Positions 19,315 through 28,545 of a stretch of 64,000 bases of DNA are shown here, in pieces. A model generated the notes under the pieces. It did no database searches. It saw nothing but the letters and a program-made list of their open reading frames with translations, and was not told the origin of the DNA. The number at the start of each line of letters is the position of its first letter. Positions within the stretch are counted from its first letter, which is position 1. The position numbers were made by a program, and so were the translations under genes. Location: the NCBI GenBank assembly GCA_041690395.1, contig JAWLHJ010000005.1, positions 448,001 through 512,000 on the forward strand. The letters run 5' to 3'. This stretch comes from Longimicrobiales bacterium. GTDB taxonomy: Bacteria > Gemmatimonadota > Gemmatimonadetes > Longimicrobiales > Gaopeijiaceae.

Positions 19315-21597
19315 ATGCGGTCGATCACACGGTGGAAGGGACTCTCGGTCGCGGCGGCCGGACGGATGGCGGCCGCCGTGGCCGGGCTGGTCACGGCACA
19401 GGTGGCCGCGGCCGTCGCGCCCGTCACGGCCGGCGCTCAGGCGGTGTCCGAGCCTCTCACCTGCGACCTGGCCGGCTACCGGCACCATCCCGATCTGACC
19501 GCCCGCGTCTCCGGCGACGTCCTCGCGGTCGAGTGGGCCGGCGCGGGTGACGAGCGGGTGAGTCTCCGCTTCGCCATCCGGGACGGCGTGCCCGTCATCG
19601 ACGAGCTCGCGCTCCGAGCCGGTGAGGGCACCGCCTGGGTCCCTCTCGCGACCGACGCCCGCGTCGAGTACTCCATCGTCGAGGGACTCCGGCGCATCAG
19701 CAACCAGCAGCTCGTGCCGCTCCGGGGCCTCGGGGTCGAGCTGACCTCCGAGGTCGTCGATCGGTACAAGTGGGACGTGTTCTGGGACGCTCCCCTCGAC
19801 CTGCGGGACGAGCCGGGCGGCAACAACCCGCCGCCGCCCGAGGGCGTGGCCCACCAGCCCGGCCTCCCGCGCGACCCGGGCGAGATCCGGCGGGCGACCG
19901 CGGCCCACGCCGCGACCGGGTGCTCGGTCACGACCGACGGGAGCCATCTAGGCGTGTCGTTCGACGGCATGCGCCTCGGCTCGTTCGACGGCGAGCTCGT
20001 GTTCACGGTCTACCGGGGCACCAACCTCGTCCGCGTGGAGGCCGTGGGCGCCACCGAGCTACCGTCGGTGGCCTACAAGTACGACGTCGGGATCACCGGC
20101 CTGGACGCGACCGCCGGAGGGCGGGTCGTCTGGCGGGACATCGCCAACCGGCTCCAGTCGTACCGGCCCGCCGGGCTGCCGAACGACGCCTACGTGCCGG
20201 TCCGGGCGGCGAACCGCCTGGTCGCGGCCGAGACCCGCGGGGGCGCCATCGCGGCGTTCCCGCCGCCCCATACGTTCTTCTGGGCCCGGGAGGTCGAGAT
20301 CAACGTGGGGAACAACTGGTACCGGACGGACGACGACGGATCGTTCGCCGTCGGCATCCGGCAGGGCGAGCAGGAGGTGGTCGACCGGTATCTGGCGAAC
20401 TGGTCGCTCTACAGCGCCCCGCCCGGGTCGGAGCAGCGAATGGCCGGCTACTTCTATCCGACGCTGGGCGATGCCGGCGCCGCCCTGGACGCCGCCCTGG
20501 CCTTCACGAACGGAGACGTGTACCGGCCGCTGGAAGGCTACCGCGTCATGGGCAGCCACTACCACACGGACGTCGGGCGGAACCTCATCGCGTCCGGCAG
20601 CCTGGACACCCGCCTTCCGGACTTCGAGGCGCTGCGCGCTACGGGCATGGACATCGTCGGTCCGGTCGACCGGCCCAGGGACCCGACACAGCTCGAGGAG
20701 CAGCACGCGCTCTTCGAGGGGGCCCGGCGGCACTCCGATTCGGACTTCGTGGTCATGCCGCAGATGGAGAACAGCAACCTGCTCGGCGGCCACTGGGACC
20801 TGCTCTTCAGCCACCCCGTCTACTACGTGGACGAGCGCGCGCCCGGCACGCCCCTCGTGACGGAGCATCCCGAGTACGGGCGCATGTACAACATCGGTAG
20901 CGCCGAAGACATGATGGCTATGGTCGAGGCCGAGGACATGCTCATCTACATGCCCCATCCCCGCACCAAGGGATCCACCGGATACCCGGATGCGGTGCGC
21001 GAGACGCCTCAGTTCCTGAGCGACCGGTACCGGGGCGTCGGATGGCGATGGGGGATGGGGTCCGACCTGTCCGAGCAGCGGCTGTCGGACTTCCGGGTCA
21101 TCCCGCTCTTCGACGAGATGAACAACTGGATGGTCGGGACGGGGGCCGCGCCGAAGGGGCTCCTGGCCATCACCGAGACGTACCGGAAGCAGCCCGGGGA
21201 CGACGTCTACGCGAACGGCCCGGTCACGTACCTGAAGCTCGACGAGCTCCCGGAGTCCGGCGACTACGCGCCCATCGTGGACGTGCTCGAGCGGGGCGAC
21301 TACTTCGTGACGTCCGGGGAGGTTCTCGTCCCGTCCGTGCGCTACGAGGGGACGGGCGCCGACGCTCGGGTCGTGGCCGACGTCACCTGGACGTTCCCGC
21401 TCTCGTTCGTGGAGGTCGTCATGGGCGACGGCGAGCGGACCACGACGCGCAGGCTGTCGGCGACGGACCATCCGGCGTTCGGGTCACGCACCTTCACCAT
21501 CCCCGTCGACGTGACGGGCCAGCGCTGGATCCGGTTCGCCGCGTGGGATACGGCGGGGAACGGGGCGATGACGATGCCGGTGCGGCTCGGGGGGTAG
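19315..21597 (+). CDS. Large secreted hypothetical protein, possible C-terminal PHP-like metallohydrolase domain
   Basis: GGGGAGG SD; signal peptide (AGA-Q); His motifs GSHYH, GGHW, MPHP; strong coding-like composition. Confidence 0.7.
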   Translation: MRSITRWKGLSVAAAGRMAAAVAGLVTAQVAAAVAPVTAGAQAVSEPLTCDLAGYRHHPDLTARVSGDVLAVEWAGAGDERVSLRFAIRDGVPVIDELALRAGEGTAWVPLATDARVEYSIVEGLRRISNQQLVPLRGLGVELTSEVVDRYKWDVFWDAPLDLRDEPGGNNPPPPEGVAHQPGLPRDPGEIRRATAAHAATGCSVTTDGSHLGVSFDGMRLGSFDGELVFTVYRGTNLVRVEAVGATELPSVAYKYDVGITGLDATAGGRVVWRDIANRLQSYRPAGLPNDAYVPVRAANRLVAAETRGGAIAAFPPPHTFFWAREVEINVGNNWYRTDDDGSFAVGIRQGEQEVVDRYLANWSLYSAPPGSEQRMAGYFYPTLGDAGAALDAALAFTNGDVYRPLEGYRVMGSHYHTDVGRNLIASGSLDTRLPDFEALRATGMDIVGPVDRPRDPTQLEEQHALFEGARRHSDSDFVVMPQMENSNLLGGHWDLLFSHPVYYVDERAPGTPLVTEHPEYGRMYNIGSAEDMMAMVEAEDMLIYMPHPRTKGSTGYPDAVRETPQFLSDRYRGVGWRWGMGSDLSEQRLSDFRVIPLFDEMNNWMVGTGAAPKGLLAITETYRKQPGDDVYANGPVTYLKLDELPESGDYAPIVDVLERGDYFVTSGEVLVPSVRYEGTGADARVVADVTWTFPLSFVEVVMGDGERTTTRRLSATDHPAFGSRTFTIPVDVTGQRWIRFAAWDTAGNGAMTMPVRLGG

Positions 21598-21673
21598 CCA
21601 CGAGAGCGGCCGACGCCGCGGAAGCGAGCCGGTCCGTGACCCCGTTCCAACCCTGACGGCCTCTTGCGGGTCT

Positions 21674-21711
21674 ATACAGGCACGCGGATATATATAGCAT
21701 CGTGCATGTAT
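21674..21711 (+). promoter_or_regulatory. Palindromic operator upstream of padR-C
   Basis: atacaggcacg-cggatatatatagcat-cgtgcatgtat (10/11 inverted repeat around an AT-rich core). Confidence 0.65.
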
Positions 21712-21728
21712 GACCACCCGGAGCCGCC

Positions 21729-22082
21729 ATGCCTTCCGACAGCCTGCTCACGCCCCTGGAGTTCCACGTGCTGATCGCCCTCGCCCGGGGCGACGCGTAC
21801 GGCTACGCCCTCATGACCGCGGTCGAGGAGGAGTCGTCCGGGCGGGTCGCGCCGGATGTGGGCAGCCTGTACCGGGTCCTGGCGCGGCTGATGGCGCGCG
21901 GGCTCGTCGAGGAGCGGCCGACGCCGAAGGACGCCGACCAGGACCACCCTGGAAAGGCTCGCCGGTACTACGGCCTCACGGACGAAGGTCGCGCGACCGC
22001 GGCCGATGAGGCCCGCCGGATGGCCGAGCTGGTCGATCTCGCTCAGGCCCGGCGCCTCTTCGCCGCCGGAGACTCGTCGTGA
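21729..22082 (+). CDS. PadR family transcriptional regulator (cassette C)
   Basis: LTPLEFHVLIAL...YGY...GSLYRVL...RRYYGLTDEGR; GGAG SD. Confidence 0.92.
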   Translation: MPSDSLLTPLEFHVLIALARGDAYGYALMTAVEEESSGRVAPDVGSLYRVLARLMARGLVEERPTPKDADQDHPGKARRYYGLTDEGRATAADEARRMAELVDLAQARRLFAAGDSS

Positions 22083-24739
22083 GGGTTGCGCGCCTGCTGG
22101 TTGCCGCTGCCCTCCGCACGCTCCCAGCCCCCTTCCGCCGGAGGTTCGGCGAGGCGATGGCCGACACGGTCGACGCCGGCCTGAGCGCACGGCGGGGGCT
22201 CACGCGTCTCGCCTTCCTCGTTCGCTCGCTGGCCGGGATCGTCCTGGTCGGGATTCGCGAGCGGATCTCGCCGACTCCGCACCCGGCGGAGCGGCCGTCA
22301 CACTCCGGTCGCGCACCCCTCATGGATTCCGTTCTGCAAGAGTTCCGGTTCGCCGTGCGAGCCCTCCGCCGCCGGCCCGCGTTCACGTTCGTCGCCGTCC
22401 TTACGCTGGCGCTCGGGATCGGGTCCACGACCGCGGTCTTCAGCGTCGTGAACGGCGTCCTGCTCCGGCCGCTTCCGTATCCGGAGGCGGACCGGGTGAT
22501 GGCCGTCTCGACGTACCAGACGCCGGACGGACCGGGCGAGCGCCGCTGGAACATGTCCCAGCCCGACCTCGAGAGCGTGCGGGCGAGCGCGAGCTTCGCC
22601 GCGGTGGAAGGATGGTCCAGCAGCACGATGACGCTCACCGGAGACGGCGACCCCCGGCTCGTCGTGGGCACTCGGGTCACCGGGGGGCTCCTGCACGTGT
22701 TCGGGCTCTCGCCGCACCTGGGCCGGGACCTCGAGCATGACGAGAACATGCCCGGCGCCGCACCCACGGTCGTCGTGTCGCACGCCTTCTGGCGGACGCA
22801 GCTCGGCGGGAGCCCGGACGTGCTGGGCTCGACCCTGGAGATCGCCGAGGAGTCGTACGAGATCGTCGGCGTCGCCCCCGCCGGATTCGACTACCCGCGG
22901 GAGGCCGAGCTCTGGATCCCCCGGCGACTCGACACGGAGGGGTGCGGGCGGGGGTGCCATACGTTTCAGACCGTCGCGAGGCTGGCCGAAGGGGTCGGCT
23001 TCGAACAGGCGAGACAGGAGCTGTCCGCGCTCGCTGCCTCGTTGGCCGACGCGTTCCCGGACTCGAACTTCCAGAAGGGGATGCGCGTGGAGCGCCTCGT
23101 CGACTACCTGGTCGGCGACGTTCGACGGGGTCTCTGGATGCTGCTGGGCGCCGTGGGCGTCGTGCTGCTCATCGCCTGCGTGAATGTCGCCAACCTCCTG
23201 CTCGTCCGCGGCTCGAGTCGCACATCGGAGGTGGCCGTCCGCTCGGCCCTCGGTGCGGGTCCGACGCGGGTCGTGGGAGCGGTGCTCGTCGAGAGCGCGG
23301 TGCTCGCCGGGGCGGGCGCCTTGTTGGGCCTCTTGGTGGCGTGGGGCGCGGTGGGTGCGCTCGATCTCGTTCCACCCGGAGCGGTGCCGCGCCTCGACGC
23401 CGTCTCCCTCGACGGGACCGTGTTGCTCTTCGCCTCGAGCGTGACGGTGGCCGTCACGCTCCTGTTCGGTCTCTGGCCGGCCCTCAGGCTCGCACGCACG
23501 GCGCCCGCCGGTGACCTCGGTGGAGCCGCACGCTCCGGCGGGAATCGGACGGACGCGCGCAGCCGCTCGACGCTTCTTGCGGCCGAGGTCGCGCTGTCGG
23601 TGGTTCTGCTCGCCGGGGCAGGCCTTTTCGTGCGCAGCTTGTCCGAGCTGACCACCGTCGACCTGGGATTCCAGGAGCGGGAGATCGTCCGGTTCTCTCT
23701 GAGCCTCCCGTCCGCGCGGTACGACGAGCTTCCCGAGATCGCCGGACACTACCAGGAGCTGGAGGCCCGGCTTCTCGCGCTGCCCGAGGTCGAGGCCGTC
23801 GGCTCCACGTACGATGCTCCGCTCGGCTTCGTGAGCATCTCCGGGGAGGTCCGGGTGCAGGGGCGGCCCATTCCAGGCCCGGGCGAAGGCAACGAGGCGT
23901 ATCTGCGGCCGTCGACGCCCGGCTTCTTCGAGGCGATCGGCCTTCCGGTGCTTCGGGGGAGGGGAATCGAGCCGAGCGACCGTGCGGAGTCGGAAGCGGT
24001 CGTCGTGGTGAACGAGGAGTTCGTGCGGCAGAACTTCCCCGACGAGGAGGTGCTCGGCCAGCGGATCGGCGTGACCGCGGGGTGGCGCTACCAGCGCGAC
24101 AGCCTTTACACGGTCGTCGGCGTCGTGCCCGACACCCGGTCGCGGCTCTCGGACCCTCCCGTGCCCGCCGTGTATCTGCCCCACGCTCAGTTCGGCCCCG
24201 GAAATCTGACGGTGCACATGCGTGGCCGGACCGGCGCCACGGGGCTCATCGAGCGCGCACGAGAGGAAGTGCGCGCCCTCGATCCGGGTCTGCCGCTCGC
24301 CCGTGTGGAGACCCTCGGCGAGGCCGTCCGGCGCGGCACCGCGACCACGCGCTTCTACCTCTCGATCGTCGCGATCTTCGCGGGACTCGCCGTGGTGATG
24401 GCGGCGGTTGGGCTCTACGGCGTCGTGTCGTACCTGGTGTCGCGCAGGACACGGGAGATCGGCATTCGCGTCGCTCTCGGGGCCGGCACGGAGCGGGTGA
24501 GGCGGATGGTCGTGATGGAGGGGCTCCGGCCGGCGCTCGCCGGTCTGGTGCTCGGGATCGGCGGGGCGCTCCTCGCGGGCCGGGTCCTCGACGGGCTCCT
24601 GTTCCAGGTCCAACCCGGGGATCCGTCGGTGTTGGGGGCGGTCGCGCTGATCCTGCTCGCGGTGGCGACCGTCGCGACCATCGTTCCCGCGGCGCGCGCG
24701 ACCCGAGTCGACCCCGTGACGGCGCTTCGGGCGGACTGA
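22079..24739 (+). CDS. ADOP-type duplicated permease (cassette C)
   Basis: LALGIGSTTAVFSVV, LLIACVNVANLLL, RRTREIGIRVALGA, PAARATRVDPVTALRAD; GTGA overlap with padR. Confidence 0.95.
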   Translation: MRVARLLVAAALRTLPAPFRRRFGEAMADTVDAGLSARRGLTRLAFLVRSLAGIVLVGIRERISPTPHPAERPSHSGRAPLMDSVLQEFRFAVRALRRRPAFTFVAVLTLALGIGSTTAVFSVVNGVLLRPLPYPEADRVMAVSTYQTPDGPGERRWNMSQPDLESVRASASFAAVEGWSSSTMTLTGDGDPRLVVGTRVTGGLLHVFGLSPHLGRDLEHDENMPGAAPTVVVSHAFWRTQLGGSPDVLGSTLEIAEESYEIVGVAPAGFDYPREAELWIPRRLDTEGCGRGCHTFQTVARLAEGVGFEQARQELSALAASLADAFPDSNFQKGMRVERLVDYLVGDVRRGLWMLLGAVGVVLLIACVNVANLLLVRGSSRTSEVAVRSALGAGPTRVVGAVLVESAVLAGAGALLGLLVAWGAVGALDLVPPGAVPRLDAVSLDGTVLLFASSVTVAVTLLFGLWPALRLARTAPAGDLGGAARSGGNRTDARSRSTLLAAEVALSVVLLAGAGLFVRSLSELTTVDLGFQEREIVRFSLSLPSARYDELPEIAGHYQELEARLLALPEVEAVGSTYDAPLGFVSISGEVRVQGRPIPGPGEGNEAYLRPSTPGFFEAIGLPVLRGRGIEPSDRAESEAVVVVNEEFVRQNFPDEEVLGQRIGVTAGWRYQRDSLYTVVGVVPDTRSRLSDPPVPAVYLPHAQFGPGNLTVHMRGRTGATGLIERAREEVRALDPGLPLARVETLGEAVRRGTATTRFYLSIVAIFAGLAVVMAAVGLYGVVSYLVSRRTREIGIRVALGAGTERVRRMVVMEGLRPALAGLVLGIGGALLAGRVLDGLLFQVQPGDPSVLGAVALILLAVATVATIVPAARATRVDPVTALRAD

Positions 24740-24770
24740 GGGGGAGGCAACAGGCGACCTTCGGGGTCAT

Positions 24771-24833
24771 CCCATTGACAGCTTAGGGGTGCTGGTGACA
24801 TCCTCCATGTGCGTCCCCTGGACATCTTAGGGG
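24771..24833 (+). promoter_or_regulatory. padR-D promoter with two 19-bp operator-like repeats
   Basis: cccattgacagcttagggg (24771-24789, containing TTGACA) and cccctggacatcttagggg (24815-24833); possible -10 CATCCT at 24799-24804. Confidence 0.7.
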
Positions 24834-24882
24834 GCGCCTCCCACGGATTCCACCGTGGACTCCACACCGGACCCGGCATCCT

Positions 24883-25221
24883 ATGGAACTGCTCCAGGGC
24901 ACCCTCGACGTCATGATCCTGAAGGCCCTGGAGTGGGGGCCGCGCCACGGCTATGCCGTGAGCCGGTGGATCAAGAGCACCACCCGGGATGTCCTGACGG
25001 TCGAGGAGGGGGCGCTCTATCCGGCGCTCCACCGCTTGCGGCGCAAGGGGCTGGTCGAGTCGGAGTGGGGCGTATCCGAGAACAACCGGCGGGCGAAGTT
25101 CTACGCGCTCACGCCGAAGGGGCGCCAGGCGTTGGCCGAGGAGGCCGACAGTTGGGACGCCTACGCGAGGGCCGTCGACCGGGTCCTCAAGGCGGAGTCG
25201 CCGGGAGGCGCGAACGGATGA
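24883..25221 (+). CDS. PadR family regulator, acidobacterial (TIGR03433-like) type (cassette D)
   Basis: ELLQGTLDVMILKAL...HGY...VEEGALYPALHRL...WGVSENNRRAKFYALT. Confidence 0.95.
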   Translation: MELLQGTLDVMILKALEWGPRHGYAVSRWIKSTTRDVLTVEEGALYPALHRLRRKGLVESEWGVSENNRRAKFYALTPKGRQALAEEADSWDAYARAVDRVLKAESPGGANG

Positions 25222-27887
25222 GGCTTCCGGACGGCTTCCGGCGGACCACGCCGCCCGAGCTATCCGGCGGCGGCAGCGAGGTCGAGGAGGAGATCCGCTT
25301 CCATATCGAGTCGCGCGTCGACGAGCTCGTGGCCGAGGGGGTGCCGGAGGCCGAGGCGCGCCGGCGAGCGGAGCGGGAGTTCGGGGACCGGGCGCACATG
25401 GTGCGTCGCACGGAGCGGGAATCACGAGGTGGAGGGGAGGCGACGATGCGGGTGATGCGGTGGATGGGCGAAGCGGGGCGCGACGTGCGGCTGGCCATGC
25501 GACAGGTGCGCCGGAATCCGGGACTCTGGGCGGCGGCGCTGGTGACGCTGGCCCTCGGCGTCGGCGGCACGACGTCCGTCTACTCGGTGGTCCAGGGCGT
25601 GCTCCTGCGGGCGCTCCCGTATCCGGACGAGGAGCGCGTCGTGCGCATCTGGCCGGCCGCCCCGGACGACGTGGACGGTGGCCGGCAGTCCTGGTCGGTG
25701 CCCGACCTCGACGACTGGCGGGAGCGGTCGGAGTCCCTCGCGGCGATCGGCGGGTACACCTCGACCCTCGCGGGACTCGTCATTCCCACCGAATCGGGAG
25801 CGCCGGAGGAGGTCCGGACCGCATACGTGACGTCCGGTTTCTTCGAGGCGCTCGGCACCGCTCCGGTCGTGGGTGGCACGCTCCCCCCCGAGGCGGAGGA
25901 AGGCGATCCCCGGGTGGTGGTCCTGTCGCAGGGGTTCTGGCAGCGACGGTTCGGGGGCGATCCCGACGTGGTCGGGCAGGTGCTGGACGCGCAGCAGGGC
26001 GCCTACCGGATCGTCGGCGTGATGCCGGACGGCTTCGGGTTCCCCGATCCCGACACGGAGCTCTGGACGTTCCTGGCGAACGTCGACCAGACGTCCGTGC
26101 CGTGGCTCCTCCGGCAGGTCCGGGTGTTCGACGCCGTTGCACGGATCGCGCCGCGGACGGGCGCGGCCGACGAGGACCTCGCCACCGCCGAGCAGGAGCT
26201 GGCCGAGGTGGCCCGCGGCATCGCCGCCGATGTGCCCGAGACGAACGCCGGCATCACGTCGGTCGAGTTGATACCGATCCGGACGGCTGTCGTCGGCGAT
26301 GTACGGACGCCACTCCTCATCGTGCTGGCCGCGGTGGCGCTCACACTGCTCATCGCGTGCGCCAACGTCGCCAACCTCCTGCTGGCGCGCGGGGCGGGCC
26401 GCCAGCGCGAGTTCGCGGTGCGGGCCTCGCTGGGGGCGGGTCGGGGCCGCCTCGTCCGGCAGGTGCTGGCCGAAGGGCTGCTGCTCGGGGTGCTCGGCGG
26501 GGTCGCGGGCATGCTGCTGGCGGCGTTCGCGGTTCCGGCGCTGCTGTCCCGCGCCGGAGCGCTGATCCCGCGCAGCCAGGCCGTGACCGTCGACGCCGGC
26601 GTCCTCCTGGCGGCGCTCGCGGTCTCGGTCGGGACGGGGCTGCTCGTCGGCCTTCTTCCCGCGCTGCGGGTGGGCCGGAGATCGCTCGGGGCGGCCGGCC
26701 GCGGCGGAGGCGGGAGCGGTGACGGCGTCGAGGCGCGGGGGCTGCTCGACGGGCTGGTGTTCGCGGAGGTGGGCCTGGCGGTCGTGCTCCTCGTGGCGGG
26801 CGGGCTGCTCATGCGGAGCTTCATCGAGCTGCGGACCGTCGATCCGGGCTTCGAGCCCGAGGGTCTGCTCGTGGCGGACATGGTCGTGTCCGGCTACGAG
26901 GACGCGGAAGACTACATCGGATTCCGGGACCGCTTCCTCCAGCGCCTCGAAGCGCTGCCCGGTGTGCTCGGGGCGACCACGGCCAAGGAGTTCCCCACGC
27001 GCGGCATGGGGGAGCAGTGGGCATGGCGCCTGCGGGGTGAGCCGGAGCCGCTGCCGGGCGAGGCCCGCACGGCGCAGGCCCTCCACGTCCACCGGGACTT
27101 CTTCGAGGTCATGCGGATCCCGCTCGTGCGGGGGACGTTGCCGGGCACCGATCCCGAGCTGTCGGTGATCATCAACGAGCGCCTGGCCCGCTCCGCGTTC
27201 GGCTCGGCGGACGACGCGGTGGGCTCGGTCATGGTCGTGAGCGGCATGGAGATCCCGGTGCGAGCCGTCGTGGGCGACGTGCTCCACGCCGATCCGGCCG
27301 CCGAGCCGCCCCCGATGATCTACGTGGACGACCGCATCAACACCCGCCGGGTCTTCGCCTTCGTGGTCCGCACGGACGGTGATCCGCTGGCGCTGGCCGA
27401 GCCGTTCCAGCGGACCCTCACCGAGCTCGACGACCGCCAGCCCATCCGCACCCTGTACACCGGCGAGTCGGCGTACGCCGAGGCCGTCGGCCGGCCCCGC
27501 TTCTTCGCGCTCGTCATGTCGATCTTCGCGGCGGCGGCGGCGCTGCTGGCGGCCGTGGGGATCTACGGCGTCGTGGCGTATACCGTGCGGCGGCGGACCC
27601 GCGAGATCGGGCTGCGACTGGCGCTCGGGGCGAATCAGGCCGGCGTGCGGCGCCTGGTCATCGGCGGTGCGCTCCGGCCGGTGCTGGGCGGGCTCGTGCT
27701 GGGCCTCCTCGTGGCCGCGGGGCTTTCGTCGGTGGTCCGGCGCCTCCTGTTCGGCATCCCCTCCATCGACCCGGTGACATACGGCGGCGTGGCGGCCGTT
27801 TTCCTCGCGGTCGCCCTCCTCGCGGCGTGGGTACCCGCCCGCGAGGCGAGCCGGGTCGATCCACGGGAGGCGCTCAGGGCGGAGTAG
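25218..27887 (+). CDS. ADOP-type duplicated permease with 'permease prefix domain 1'-like N-terminus (cassette D)
   Basis: EVEEEIRFHIE...EARRRAEREFGD; LLIACANVANLLLARG; RRTREIGLRLALGA; ATGA overlap with padR. Confidence 0.95.
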   Translation: MRLPDGFRRTTPPELSGGGSEVEEEIRFHIESRVDELVAEGVPEAEARRRAEREFGDRAHMVRRTERESRGGGEATMRVMRWMGEAGRDVRLAMRQVRRNPGLWAAALVTLALGVGGTTSVYSVVQGVLLRALPYPDEERVVRIWPAAPDDVDGGRQSWSVPDLDDWRERSESLAAIGGYTSTLAGLVIPTESGAPEEVRTAYVTSGFFEALGTAPVVGGTLPPEAEEGDPRVVVLSQGFWQRRFGGDPDVVGQVLDAQQGAYRIVGVMPDGFGFPDPDTELWTFLANVDQTSVPWLLRQVRVFDAVARIAPRTGAADEDLATAEQELAEVARGIAADVPETNAGITSVELIPIRTAVVGDVRTPLLIVLAAVALTLLIACANVANLLLARGAGRQREFAVRASLGAGRGRLVRQVLAEGLLLGVLGGVAGMLLAAFAVPALLSRAGALIPRSQAVTVDAGVLLAALAVSVGTGLLVGLLPALRVGRRSLGAAGRGGGGSGDGVEARGLLDGLVFAEVGLAVVLLVAGGLLMRSFIELRTVDPGFEPEGLLVADMVVSGYEDAEDYIGFRDRFLQRLEALPGVLGATTAKEFPTRGMGEQWAWRLRGEPEPLPGEARTAQALHVHRDFFEVMRIPLVRGTLPGTDPELSVIINERLARSAFGSADDAVGSVMVVSGMEIPVRAVVGDVLHADPAAEPPPMIYVDDRINTRRVFAFVVRTDGDPLALAEPFQRTLTELDDRQPIRTLYTGESAYAEAVGRPRFFALVMSIFAAAAALLAAVGIYGVVAYTVRRRTREIGLRLALGANQAGVRRLVIGGALRPVLGGLVLGLLVAAGLSSVVRRLLFGIPSIDPVTYGGVAAVFLAVALLAAWVPAREASRVDPREALRAE

Positions 27888-27896
27888 GTGTTCCGA

Positions 27897-28065
27897 TTCG
27901 CCTTCTCGGAAGTCGTTCGACTTTCGAACGATCTCTTCCCGGCACGACCACGACTGGCCCGGCTTTCGGATCGCGGAACGGCGCGGAGGGGCGACCGGCG
28001 CTCATCAGCGCAGCCCGCGCGCGAATCATTCGACTTTCGAACGACTTTCGAAGCTCTGCGGAAGG
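27897..28065. repeat. Copy 2 of the ~170-bp element with palindromic ends
   Basis: Hairpin motifs at 27912 and 28025; left 40 bp match copy 1 at 36/40, right end at about 38/42. Confidence 0.85.
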
Positions 28066-28091
28066 AGCCGAAGCCCGTTCGGCGGCGACAT

Positions 28092-28151
28092 ACTACGAGT
28101 ATAGTTGACATCGGGCCCACCTCGTCGTATCCTGGCTACTAAGATACTAGT
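28092..28151 (+). promoter_or_regulatory. Sigma70 promoter TTGACA-N17-TATCCT flanked by two ACTA-N6-TAGT operators
   Basis: -35 at 28105-28110, -10 at 28128-28133; actacgagtatagt (28092-28105) and actaagatactagt (28138-28151). Confidence 0.8.
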
Positions 28152-28170
28152 ACATCAGCCAGGAGGCCCG

Positions 28171-28545
28171 ATGGACGTCCGCTTCACCGAGCGAGAGCTC
28201 GACCTGATGAACGTGCTCTGGGACCGGGGCCCGTCGACCGTGACCGAGGTGCGCGAGGCCCTGCAGGACGACCTCGCGTATACCACGGTCCTGACGGTGT
28301 TGCGGGTCCTCGAAGAGAAAGGGCACGTGACCCACGCCACCGAGGGCCGGGCGCATCGGTACCGGGCACTGGTGGACCGCGAGGCCGCGGCCGGGAGCGC
28401 CCTGCGGCGGGTCAAGGAGCATCTGTTCTCGGGCTCCTCGGAGCTGCTCCTGACGCGCCTCGTCGAGGACCATCCGATGTCCGGCGACGAGCTCCGCCGT
28501 CTCAAGGACCTCCTCGATCGCCGGTTGGCGGAGGAGGAGCGATGA
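28171..28545 (+). CDS. BlaI/MecI/CopY family repressor
   Basis: FTERELDLMNVLW..GPSTV..V...LAYTTVLTVL..LEEKG...GRAHRY; AGGAGG SD. Confidence 0.95.
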   Translation: MDVRFTERELDLMNVLWDRGPSTVTEVREALQDDLAYTTVLTVLRVLEEKGHVTHATEGRAHRYRALVDREAAAGSALRRVKEHLFSGSSELLLTRLVEDHPMSGDELRRLKDLLDRRLAEEER

